In this document: positions 12,692 to 24,880 of the stretch, piece after piece
Numbering within the stretch: the first letter of the stretch is position 1
Layout: each line of letters starts with the position of its first letter
Source of the DNA: Heterodontus francisci
Taxonomy: Eukaryota
Direction: 5' to 3'
NCBI RefSeq assembly: GCF_036365525.1
Contig: NC_090403.1
Location: forward strand, 34,481,461 to 34,545,460
Length of the DNA stretch: 64,000 nucleotides
Made by a program: the position numbers and the translations under genes
Notes under the pieces: generated by a model
Told to the model about the DNA's origin: nothing
Seen by the model: the letters and a program-made list of their open reading frames with translations, nothing else
The model's database searches: none

Positions 12692-13525
12692 TGGTGGAAT
12701 GGGCGGATCGGTGGCAGATGAAGTTCAATGCAGAGAAATTTGAAGCAATTCATTTTGGTAGGAAGAACATGGAGAAACAATATAAAATAAAGGGTACAAT
12801 TCTAAAAGGGATGCAGGAGTAGAGGTACCTGGGTGTATATATGCATAAGTTATTGAAGGTGGCAGAACATGTTGAGAGAGCAGTTACTAAAACATACAGG
12901 GACATTGCAAATTAATAGGGACATAGAGTACAAGAGCAAGGAAGTTATGTTGAACTTATATCGGACACTAGTTCAGCCTCAGCTGGAGTATTGCATCCAG
13001 TTCTGGGCACTTAAAGATGTGAGGGCATTGGAGAGAGTACAGAAAAGATTGACGAGAATGGTTCCAGGGATGAGGAACTTTAGTTATGAAGATATATTGG
13101 AGAAATTAGTACTGTTTTCCTTGGAGAAGAGAAGGCTGAGAAGTGATTTGATAGAGGTATTCAAAATCACGAGGAGCCTGGACAGAGTAGATAGAGAGAA
13201 ACTATTCCCACTCGTGAAAGGATTGAGAACAAGAGGGCACAGATTTAAAATAATAGGTAAAAGAAGCAAAAGCAACATGAGGAAAAACTTTCACTCAGCA
13301 AATGGTTAAGGTCTGGAATGCGCTGCCCGAGAGTGTGGTAGAGGTAGGTTCAATTGAAGTATTCAAAAGGGAATTAGACAGTTATATGAAAAGGAAGAAT
13401 GTTCAGGGTTACGGGGAAAAGACGGGGGAATGGAACTAAGTGAATTGCTCTTTTGGACGGCCAGTGCAGACATGATAGGCCAAATGGCCTCCTTCTACAA
13501 TGTAACAATTCTGTGATTCTGTGAT
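12692..13525 (+). mobile_element. CR1 LINE 3' portion
   Basis: EWADRWQMKFNAEK, LYRTLVQPQLEYCIQFW, LEKRRLRSDLIEVFKI; attctgtgattctgtga tail. Confidence 0.92.
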
Positions 13526-13782
13526 CAATGCTAGGAATCCAGCCCCGAGGACCTGGTTGCAGTGCTGCAAGAAGTTCAGTGTCCTCATACATTAGTGAAT
13601 GTATCTTGAAATGCCATATCTCACCACTAGCTGCACACACTGCTCAATGAACCACACTCCCATCACTCATCTACCAACAATTTTTATCAATCATGACTCA
13701 TGCCTAGCATTCATAGCTTCACCTCACCCTCACATACTTAGCACTGCCACAAGCCTCACACCCACATCTCACAGCTTGCACA

Positions 13783-16478
13783 TGTTAGAGAAACTTCCAA
13801 GCTTGTTTGTGAAGAAGACACTGAGACTAGGATGCTTTGGTGGAGATTGTTTATTGCTTGCCACAGAGCTTACTTCTGCTCTCCAAACAACACCACAGCT
13901 TGTGCTGGCTGGCTCTTCACATATACACACAAATCTTCTTTGGCCTCCTTGTCTCGAGAAACAATGGGTAAGCGCCTGAAGGTGATCAGTGGTTTGTGAA
14001 GCAGCGCCTGGAATGGCGATAAAGGTCAATTCTAGAGTGACAGACTGTTACACAGGTGCTGCAGATAAAATTGGTTGTCGGGGCTGTTACACAGTTGGCT
14101 CTCTCCTTGCGCTTCTGTCTTTTTTCCTGCCAACAGCTAAGTCTCTTTGACTTGCCACTCTTTAGCCCTGCCTTTATGGCTGTCCACCAACTCAGGCGAT
14201 CACTAGCAACTGACTCCCATGACTGGTGGTCAATGTCACAGGTCTTCATGTCACGTTTGCAGACGTCTTTAAAGCGGAGACATGGACGGCCAGTGGGTCT
14301 GATACTAGTGACGAGTTCGCTGTACAATGTGTCCTTGGGGATCCTGCCATCTTCCATGCGGCTCATATGGCCAAGCCATCTCAAGCGCCGTTGGCTCAGT
14401 AGGGTGTATATGCTGGGGATGTTGACCACCTCGAGGACTTCTGCTTTGGAGATACGGTCCTGCCACCTGATGCCAAGGATTCTCCGGAAGCAGTGAAGAT
14501 GGAATGAATTGAGACATCGCTCTTGGCTGACATACGTTGTCCAGGCCTCACTGCCATAGAGCAAGGTACTGAGGACAAAGGCTTGATATACTCCGACTTT
14601 TGTGTTCTGTGTCAGCGCACCATTTTCCCACACTCTCTTGGCCAGTCTGGACATAGCAGTGGAAGCCTTTCCCATGCGCTTGTTGATTTCTGCATCGAGA
14701 GACAGGTCACTGGTGATAGTTGAGCCTAGGTTGGTGAACTCTTGATCCACTTCCAGAGCGTGGTCGCCGATATTGATGGATGGAGCATTTCTGACATCCT
14801 GTCCCATGATGTTCGTTTTCTTGAGGCTGATGGTTAGGCCAAATTTGTTGCAGGCAGCCACAATCCTGTCGATGAGTCTCTGCAGACACTCTTCAGTGTG
14901 AGATGTTAATGCAGCATCGTCAGCAAAGAGGACTTCCCTGATGAGGACCTTCTGTACTTTGGTCTTCGCTCTAAGATGGGCAAGGTTGAACAACCTCCTA
15001 TCTGATCTTGTGTGGAGTAAAATTCCTTCTGCTGAAGACTTGAACACATGTGAGAGCAGCAAGGAGAAGAAGATCCCAAACAGTGTAGGTGCGAGAACAC
15101 AGCCCTGTTTCACGCCACTCAGGATAGGAAAGGGGTCTGATGAGGCCCCGCTATGCTGAATTGTGCCTTTCATATTGGCATGGAATGAGGTGATGCTACT
15201 TAGTAGCTTTGGTGGACATCCGATCTTTGCTAGTAGTCTGAAGAGACCACGTCTGCTGACGAGGTCAAAGGCTTTGGTGAGATCTATGAAAGAAACGTAG
15301 AGGGGCATCTGTTGTTCACGGCATTTCTCCTGTAGCTGGCGAAGGGAGAACAGCATGTCAATGGTGGATCTCTCTGCTCGAAAGCCACACTGTGCCTCAG
15401 GGTAGACACGCTCAGCCAGCTTCTGGAGCCTGTTTAAAATGACACAAGCGAAGACTTTCCACACTATGCTGAGCAGGGAGATTCCACGGTAGTTGTTGTA
15501 GTCACCGTGGTCACCCTTGTTCTTATAGAGGGTGATGATATTAGCATCGCGCATGTCCTGTGGTACTGCTCCCTCATCCCAGCACAGGCAAAGCAGTTCA
15601 TGAAGTGCTGAAAGTATAGCAGGCTTGGCACTCTCGATTATTTCAGGGGTAATGGCATCATTCCCCAGGGGCTTTTCCACTGGCTAGAGAACCAATGGCA
15701 TCACTGAGTTCCGATTTTGTTGGCTGTTCATCCAGCTCATCTATGACTGGCAGAGACTGGGCTGCATTGAGGGCAGTCTCAGTGACAAAATTTTTCCTGG
15801 AGTACTGTTCTAGGTAGTGCTCCACCCAGCTGTCCATTTGCTTGCGTTGGTTAGTGATCGTGTCCCCTAATTTAGACTTGAGGGGGGCGATCTTCTTGAT
15901 GGTTGGCCCAAAGCTCTCTTAATGCCATCATACATTCCTCTGAAGTTTCCGGTGTCGGAGGCCAGCTGAATATGACTGCATAGGTGTTGCCAGTAGTCAT
16001 TTGCACAGCACCTGGCTGTTCTTTGTGAAGCGTTTCTGGCTACTTTAAGTGCTACAGATGTTAACTCACTGGGGACTTTCTTGTAGTTCAACAGTGCAAT
16101 GTGCTTAGCGGCTATGACAGGTTCCAGCTCTTCAAAGTGAGATTGAAACCAGTCTGCATTCTGCTTCTCACTTTTGCCATAGGTGGTCATTGCTGAGTCA
16201 TAGATGGCGTCTCTGATGTGGGCCCATTTGGTCTCTGCATCCCCTGTAGGAGTGTTTTGAAGGGCTTTTTCAAATGAATTTAGAAACTTATGTAACAGCT
16301 GTGGATAAGAAATTCTGTTAGTGTTGATGCATGGGTGGCCCTTCTGCTTGGTTTGTGTCTAACTTTACTGCACACCGGGATGAATACAATTAACTAATTA
16401 ACACCCAAAACCTATTCACCCTATTATCTTGAATGACCAAATATTTATCATCCATTAGCAGAACTTCAGACCCTAACA
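13783..16478. mobile_element. Solo LTR interrupted by an RTE LINE
   Basis: TGTTAG...CTAACA termini and perfect 5-bp target duplication GCACA (13778-13782 and 16479-16483). Confidence 0.75.
13935..16350 (-). mobile_element. RTE-clade LINE, 5'-truncated, with a 564-aa RT ORF (13986..15680)
   Basis: RT motifs YRGISLLS, AQCGFR, FIDLTKAFD, GVKQGCVLAP, LFADD, RRLRWLGH, and C-terminal CxxC...H; upstream ORF 15867..16190 is frameshifted; gaagaag tail. Confidence 0.93.
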
Positions 16479-17500
16479 GCACACACTGCCAGCTGTTAAA
16501 ATATGACAGCATATCAACTAAGCATATTGCACCACACTTGCTGAAACACTCCCTCTTGCAGGACAAGGTAACCCATAATCGGTGATATCAGCACCTAATG
16601 GCCAGGGGACAAGCACGGTTGCATGTCCTTATCCCCATAGAGGAGACAGTGCTCACCATCACTGCAGCAGCCAGGACTGAAGCCATGGCCAGCAGCAAGG
16701 TTGAAACCATTGAAGATGGCAACAGGCTCATACAAATCCTCCTTCACACATCCCACTTCTCCCTTATCCCAAATATCTTCTGATTTACAAGCTGCAGATG
16801 ATGTAAGCATATACCTCCTGTTTCCCCCTCCCCACGCCCCCTCCCATCATCATATCCTTCCTTTGTGCCTTTCTCCTTTCAGATACCCAAAACTACAAAC
16901 TGGTCAGGCAGTGGTGGAACAGCAGGAAGACAGTGATGAAGAAGAAGCACCTCATTCACTCTCAATCGTGCAGCCACCAGCTCAGATACTGACAGTGCAT
17001 ACATTAGCGGATAGCTTAGAGGCGGGATCTGCACATGGTGAGACACCAGGCATGATTGGCCTACAGCCAGGGCAGGGGACAAGAGTAGCACAGGTGCCAG
17101 CTCGCTGGAGGTTAAGGTTGCACACAGGTTCTGCTGTAGAGGACACAGAAGAGTACTTCAAAGAGGCAGCCTACAGAAAAAGGCTGATGGGTATGCACAA
17201 TGAAATGTTTGGTACATTGGCAGGCATGCCAACAAGCATGGAGGAATCTGGCACCAACTTAGCACAGGGCTTTGTGCAGAACGTGGAGCCCATCCTCTCC
17301 AGTGTGGAAATGGTGGCCAACTCCACGAGGACACTTGCAGACCCAACCATAATGCAGCATCCGATAGTCGATATCTCAGCTTCCATTACAGCACAAGCAG
17401 AAGACACCCAACAACTGGGTGCTGCAGTGGAAGCTCAGACTGCTCTCATACAAGCTCAGCTTGTTCTCACACAAGCCAAGACCACTGCCATCATGGCTAC

Positions 17501-18397
17501 TGTCATGCTAGGCCCCCACCTGCCAAGAATGGGGTACATTAATTTTGTCATGAACATTGATTTTAAACTGTTACTGGAGTGAAGAAAGGACTTGTTAAAC
17601 AGATCAGCCATGGCTGGAAAAGACATTTGCATATTAACAGACAGTGTTTGGAAGGACAAAGCAGTCATTCCCTAACACATTCAACCCACAATGGACTTTT
17701 GATCACCAGACATTGAAGGTGGGGGAGCTTGCATTCCAGGTTGACTGCTAAGATGGCTGAATACACAAATGGACATGGTCAAATCAGCCAGTCACATGAC
17801 TAACCTGCTGGGTAACCTGAGTTTTTTACATTTGTACAAACAGTTTGGGCAAAAAGTTTGTTTGATCCTGGACTGAGAAGATCTCTCTCCTGTCTGCTCC
17901 CATCTCTTTCTCACAAGCCTCTGAATCTACTGAAGATGCACGATCCCCAAGAGAGAAAAGTCTCCGACAGCGAACAACGTTCAAGAAGAATACTGCGCCC
18001 CAATGAAAAGCAAGTTCTACCTAAAATCAAGGACTCTACAGTGAGCTCGAAGAACTGTAACAACAACTTTTCAGATATTGCCTCAAACCATTCCACTTTA
18101 TTTTTCTTCTGCTCATTTGCATGTGTGTATCGCGTATGCATGCTAGGATGGGTGCATCATCTATCCAAAGGCATCAACCGAATTAGAGTTTAAGTTTAAT
18201 AAGTTTCAACTTTTCTTCTTTAAACCTAAGAAAGCCTGTTTGTGCTGGTTTCTTTGCTTTATCATTGGAAAGCGGTGAACAAGGATTCACCAAGGGGGAA
18301 ATAAAAACACAGTGTGTTTAAAATTAAACCCTGTCACGGTAAGACCAGGTGAAGGCTGAAAGGGACACCTAGACCTCTTTCTCACCTGGTTGTAACA
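17501..18397 (+). repeat. 5' LTR
   Basis: tgtcatgctagg...ctggttgtaaca; direct repeat of 24068-24880 plus 26398-26498. Confidence 0.9.
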
Positions 18398-19004
18398 GAA
18401 ACTTGAGTGCTAGCGTCTGGAATTAACCCATAGACAAACGAGAAATTGGAAGTGGGAAGTCAAATTGTTCCCAAGCAAAAAAGAGCAAGATTTAAATACA
18501 GGTTTTCTTGGAGTTGTGTGTGCTTGAATACTAACATGTCTGCAACAGAAGCTAGTAACTCTCCAAGCCAGGGTGAAGTAACTTGGGATAGTTAAAAGCA
18601 CTATCTATGGAGGAGTTGAGGAAAATGGCTGAGTAGTGTGGGATCACTGTACGTGGCAAGGCTAGGAAGTCTGAACTCCTAAGGCTAGTGGCCAACCATT
18701 TTCCCCTTGAATCTGAAGAAGCAGAAACAGGGTTAAAAGCAGACTCCAACAGGGTATTGTCAGTAAAGCTATAATTGGAACAGAGGAAACTTGAATTTGA
18801 GGAGAGAGAGACAGAGAGAGACAGAATATTCCAGAATGAATGCGAAGAGAGAGAGTTGAAGTGGCTTGGGTTAACTAGGGAGCAACAGAGTAGCCCCAGT
18901 GAAAGCATGGCCAATATGTAGGAGCATAATTCAAGACTGGGTACAAAATTGTTAAAACTAGCTCAACTAATTCCAAAATTCAATGAAGAGGATGTAGAAA
19001 AATG

Positions 19005-21450
19005 TTGATATAAAAACAAGAAATGCTGGAAATACTCAGCAGGTCTGGCAGCATCTGTGGAGAGAGAAGCAGAGGTAACGTTTCAGGTCAGTGACCCTTC
19101 TTCAGAACTGGCAAATATTAGAAATGTGAAAGGTTATAAGCAAATAAAGCGAGGGTGGAGCAAGAGATAACAAAGGAGGTGTAGATAGGACAAGGTCACA
19201 GAATAGCTGACCATAAGGTCATGGAGCAAAGGCAAACAATATGTTAATGGTGTGTTGAAAGACAAAGCATTAGTACAAATAGGGTATTAACGGACTGAAA
19301 ATTGAACAGCCGCAAGTACAAACATGAAAACAAAGTGGGTGAGCAAACTGAACAAACTAAGATGAAATAAAATAAAATAAATACAAAAAAATTTTTAAGA
19401 AAGGAAAAATTTAAAAAAAAAAAGTAAAATGGGGGGCCCATCGTGCTCTGAAATTATTGAACTCAATGTTCAGTCCGTGAGGCTGTAGTGTGCCTAATCG
19501 GTAAATGAGATGCTGTTCCTTGAGCTTGCGTTGATGTTCACTGGAACACTGCAGCAATCCCAGGACAGAGATGTGAGCATGAGAGCAGGGGGGAGTGTTG
19601 AAATGGCAAGCGACCAGAAGCTCGGGGTCCTGCTTGCGGACTGAGCGGAGATTTTCCGTAAAGTGGTCACCCAGTCTGCGTTTGGTCTCCCCAATGTAGA
19701 GGAGACCACATTGTGAGCTGCGAATACAGTATGCCATATTGAAGGAAGTACAAGTAAAGCGCTGCTTCAGTGTAGGAGTGTTTGGGGCCTGGGATAGTGA
19801 GGAGGGAGGAGGTAAATGGGCAGGTATTACAACTCCTGTGATTGCAGGGGAAGGTGCCATGGGAAGGTGATGAGTTGGTGAGGTTAATGGAGGAGTGGAC
19901 CAGGGTGTCACGGGAGAACGATCCCTTCGGAATGCTGACAGGGGAAGGGAGAGGAAGATGCGTTTGGTAGTGGCATCACGCTGGAGGTGGCAGAAATGGC
20001 GGAGGATGATCCTTTGGATATGGAGGCTGATGGGGTGGAAAGTGAGGACAAGGGGAACTGTGTCACGGTTCTGGGAAGGAGGGGAAGGGGTGAGGGTAGA
20101 GGTGCGGGAAATGGGCCGGACACGGTTGAGGGCCCTGTCAACCACAGTGGGGGTAATCCTCAGTCAAGGAAAAAGGAAGACATATCAGAAGCGCTGTCAT
20201 GGAAGGTAGCATCATCAGAGCAGATGCGTTGGAGACGGAGAAACTGGGAGACTGGAATGGAATCCTTACAGGAGGCAGGGTGTGAAGAAGTGTTGTCGAC
20301 GTAGCTGTGGGAGTCGGTGGGCTTATAATGAATATTAATGAATATTAGTAGACAGCCTATCCTTAGAGATGGAGATAGAGAAGTCGAGGAAGGGAAGTGT
20401 CAGAGATGGACCATGTAAAGGTGTGAGAAGGGTGGAAATTAGAAGCAAAGTTGATAAAGTTTTCCAGTTTGGGGCGGGAGCAGGAAACGGCACCGATACA
20501 GTCATCAATGTACCAGAAAAAGAGTTGGGGGAGGAAGCCTGAGTAGGACTGGAACAAGGAATGTTCGACATATCCCACAAAAAGACAGGCATAGCGAGGA
20601 CCCATGCAGGTACCTTTTACTTGAAGGAAGTGAGTGGAGTTGAAGGAGAAGTTGTTCAATGTGAGAACAAGTTCAGCCAGGCGAAGGAGGGTGGTGGTGG
20701 ATGGGGACTGGTTGGGCCTCTGTTCAAGGAAGTAGTGGAGAGGACTCAAACCGTCCTGGTGGGGGATGAAGGTGCAGAGAGATTGGACATCCATAGTGAA
20801 GAGGAGGTGGTTGGGGCCAGGAAACTGGAAATTGTCAAAATGACGTAGGGCGTCAGAAGAGTCACGGATGTAGGTGGGAAGAGACTGGACCAGCGGAGAA
20901 AAGATAGAGTCAAGATAGGAAGAAATAAGTTCAGTGGGGCAGGAGCAGGTTGACACAATGGGTCTGCCAGGACAATCCTGTTTGTGGATTTTGGGAAGGA
21001 GGTAGAAACGGGCTGTCCAGGGTTGTGGGACTATGAAGTTGGAAGCTGTAGAGGGAAGATCTCCAGGGGAGATGGGGTCAGTGACAATCCTGTGGACAGT
21101 AGCTTGATGTTCGGTGGTGGGGTCATGGTCCAGAGGGAGGTAGGAAGAAGTGTCTGAGAGTTGGCGCTGAGCCTCTGCAAGGTAGAGGCCGGTACGCCAT
21201 ACAACAACAGCACCACCATTGTCTGCAGGTTTGATGACCATGTCAGGGTTAGACCTGAGAGAAGGGAGTGCCTCAAGTTCAGAGGGGGACAGGTTAGAGT
21301 GAGTGAGGGAAGCAGAGAAATTGAGATGACCAATGTCTCGCCGGCAGTTTTCAATGAAAAGATCAAGAGCAGGTAAGAGACCAGGGGGAGGGGTCCAGGT
21401 AGAGGGAGAATGCTGGAGGCGGATGAATGGGTCTACTGATCGGGGGAAGA
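19005..21450 (-). mobile_element. Penelope-like retroelement (RT + GIY-YIG), frameshifted, inserted in gag
   Basis: VIKPADNGG, FYLLPKIHK...GRPIVS, MDVQSL, WYIDD (ORF 20363..21583); GIY-YIG YCIRSSQCGLLYIGETKRRL (ORF 19411..20145); gag IPKFNEEDVE resumes as FEKLARQLK after 21450. Confidence 0.92.
19073..19109 (-). ncRNA. Minimal type-I hammerhead ribozyme motif in the Penelope 3' region
   Basis: Minus strand reads agtt-CTGAAGA-a-gggtc act gacct-GAAA-C-GTT-acct: core boxes, stem II and palindromic stem III present; one stem-I mismatch. Confidence 0.7.
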
Positions 21451-24400
21451 ATTTTTGTATCTTTTGAGAAGCTGGCAAGGCAGCTAAAATGACCAGCTGA
21501 GACCTGGCCTCTTTAACTACATAGCAATCTAACTGGAAAAGCCCATAAGGTTTATACCCTGTTGCCAGATGAAAGTTCATCAAATTATGAACTGACCAAA
21601 AATACTATCCTCGGGACATATGAATTAGTACCCGAAGCCTATTGCCAAAAGTTAGAACCCTCAAGAAGCAAGCTAATCAAACTTATCTGGAGTTTGAAAG
21701 AGGTAAGCAGCTGGATTTTGACCAGTGGCTAAGGGCTGTTACGGTACAGCTCAGCTATGAGAATCTCAGAGAATTAATTCTGTTAGAGGAATTTAAACAC
21801 TCTCTCCTACTCTCCATAAAGATCCATGTAGAGGAGCAACATGTCCAGAGAGCCAGGCAAGCAGCCGTCCTGGCTGATGAGTTTGCTTTAATTTATAAGC
21901 TGGTTTCCCGGGGAGAACCTTTCCTAGTCACCCCCACAAATCCAAAAGGGACAAAGGTTGGGAAGGTGATAGGAGACCAAGCAGTCCTGGCAGAGAAAGG
22001 AAAGCAGGAGACACAGGGGGCCCTCCTCCAGCCAAAAAGGAAGGTGCTGTGAGCAAGAGTGAGACCCGGAGACCTGCGTGCTTCCATTGTAGTAAAGCAG
22101 GGAATTTAAGAGCTGACTGTTGGAAACTAAAGGGAAAACCTGTGGGGTTAATCAGGGCACACCCGCACAGTGAAGAAGGGACCCTGATGGAAAGCACAGC
22201 AGAACAAGCTGTGGCTTTAACTTCAGTAAGAGTGAGACCCAGGAAGTCTACCGCTGCAAGTGGAGGAAAATTTAACAGGGTTCCTGGGGGTTATCAGGGT
22301 TATGTGTCTGAAGGGAGAGTAACCCCATACCCTTCGAGTGGAGCAAGCAGGCCCATAGTGATTCTCAGGGACACAGGGGCCACTAAATCCTTTTTACTGC
22401 AAAAAGGCCTGACCTTCCCCCCAGCGAGTGCAGTGAACACCAAAATGGTGGTGAATGGTATTGAATGGTATTGGTGGTGAATGGTAATGGTATGCCTGTA
22501 CCTGTACACCTGGTGCACCTGGAGTGCGACCTAGTTTCGGGACTGGTGACTGTAGGGATTGTCCCTAGTTTGCCTGTGGATGGGGTTGACCTGCTCCTAA
22601 GTAATGATCTGGCGGGGGTGAAGGTGGTAGCCCCCCCCCAGTAATGAAAGAAAGACTGCAGGAGGTCAGAGAGACAGGGCAGTGGCGGGAGACAGACCAC
22701 TGCAGTTTCCCTGAATGTGTAGTGGATCAGGCCATGATCAAATCAGTTCACCCAGAGGAGACTGCATTGGCACTGCAGGCAGATGAGGTCTGCCTGTCTG
22801 AGACTTACTTTGGAAAGTTAGGAGACCCAGGGAATGAATTCAATGGATTTTCCCTAGCTGAGGCTCAGCGAGCCAACCCAGTATTGAGAGAGTTAGCACA
22901 GGCTTCCCAGCCTGAAAGTGAAGCAGAGGGAGTCCTTGAGTGCTATTTAAAGAATGAGGTACTGACGAGGAAATGGAGTTCTTCTCACAGACCTGAGAGC
23001 AAGGAGTGGACAGTATGTCACCAGTTAGTGGTGCTGCAGAGGTATTGGAGAGGAATATTAAGAAGGGCCCACGAGACTACAATGGCTGTACATGCTGGTA
23101 TACAAAAGACCAAAGCCCGCATAAGACAACAATTTGACTGGCCAGAGCTCCAGAAAGATGTGGTGGAGTACTGCAGGAGTTGCCACATGTGCCAGGAGAA
23201 ACCCCAACCTACAGTGAAACCTGCACCCCTAAATCCTGTACCAGTGTTAGGAGGACCCTCCAGCAGAGGGCTGGTGAACTGTAAGGTACCCCCGCCGAGA
23301 ACAAAAAGGGGCAGGCAGGCACAAGGCTGGCAAAAGGTTAGACAGAGAAGGGGAAAAAGTGACCAAGAGGGAAGGTTAAAGGAGGTCCGGGAGGAATCCC
23401 GGATGAAAACCCCTACTGTGTGGTCAGCCAACCCAGAAAAATGTGAAAGGTTAGACCCTACATCCTCCTACATAAATGCAGACACTAGAAGCACCCCACC
23501 AGAGTTGCTAACAGCATTTACAGGAACCTGCAGAGACAAAGAAAGACCGCTAGCGGGCAGGGAAACTGTGAGGGTGATACCTCACCTCGTCATAGTGCCA
23601 CAGGGGAGTGCAGTAGAATCTGCACAAATACCTGCAGACAGGAGTGTCCTCTGGGGAAAACGGGAGATTAGCAGAGAATCCTCCCCCACAGTCAGAAAAA
23701 AAGCAAACCATCCATCCCCTGAAGTCAAAAGCCTTTGCATGACTCAGCAAAGCACTGAAAGAGAGTTCAGGATAGACCCACCCACTACTGACTTTTTTTA
23801 AACAAAGACCTAGGCAGCCATGGAAATGGGCAAACGGAAGAGAAACTTCCCAAAAAAAAAACACGTTTATTGGGATGCCAAAAAGGGGGCAATTAAAGCG
23901 GCACTGGCACCAAGAGAAAACAGGCTGTAATAGGTTTTAGGATTTATGAATGAATGGGAATGAATGAGAGAAATACATGTTTTTTTCTGTATCTTACATT
24001 TTTCTCTCGACTCTTTTCATGGAATGCGCTTTTCTCAAATCGCATTTCATTCCGCTGGGTGTGGTGGTGTCACGCTAGGCCCCCACCTGCCAAGATTGAG
24101 GCACATTAATTTTGTCATGAACATTGATTTTAAACTGTTACTGGCGTGAAGAAAGGACTTGTTAAACAGATCAGCCATGGTTGGAAAAGACATTTGCATA
24201 TTATCAAACAATGTTTTGAAGTACAAATCAACCATTCCCTAGCACATTCAACCCACAATGGTCATCAGACGTTGATGGTGGGGGAGCTCGCATTCCAGGT
24301 TGACTGCTAAGATGGCCAAATACACAAGCGGACATGGTCAAACCAGCTAGTCACATGACTAACCTGCTGGGCAACCTGAGATTTTTGAATTTATACGAAC

Positions 24401-24880
24401 AGTTTGGGCAAAAAGTCTGTTTGCCCCTGGACTGAGAACATCTCTCCCCTGTCTGCTCCTATCTCTTTCTCACAAGCCTCTGAATCTACTGAAGACACAT
24501 GAACCCCAAGAGAGAAAAGTCTCTTTCAGCAAACAAGGTTTAAGAATAATACTGGGCCCCAATGAAAGCAAGATCTACCTACAATCACAAGCTCTCCAGT
24601 AAGCTTGAAGAACCGTAACAACAACTCTTCAGATATTGCCTCAAACCTTGTCATTTTATTTTTCTTCTGCTCTTTTCTGTCTCTATTTTCATGTGTGTAT
24701 CGCGTATGCATGCTAGCATGGGCGCGTCGTGTATCCGTAGGCATCAACTGAGTTAGAGTTTAAGTTTAATAAATTTCAACTTTTCTTCTTTAAACCTAAG
24801 AAAGCCTGTTTGTACTGGTTTTGTTGCCTTATAATTGGAAAGCGGTGAACGAGGATTCACCAAGGGGGAGCTAAAAACAC

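Noticed and set aside
16701-17582. 293-aa ORF as a host gene
   Set aside because: Harbinger Myb-gene exon 3 plus intron, reading through into the LTR.
20363-21583. Apparent N-terminal extension of the Penelope RT ORF
   Set aside because: The first ~45 residues are antisense gag sequence across the insertion junction.
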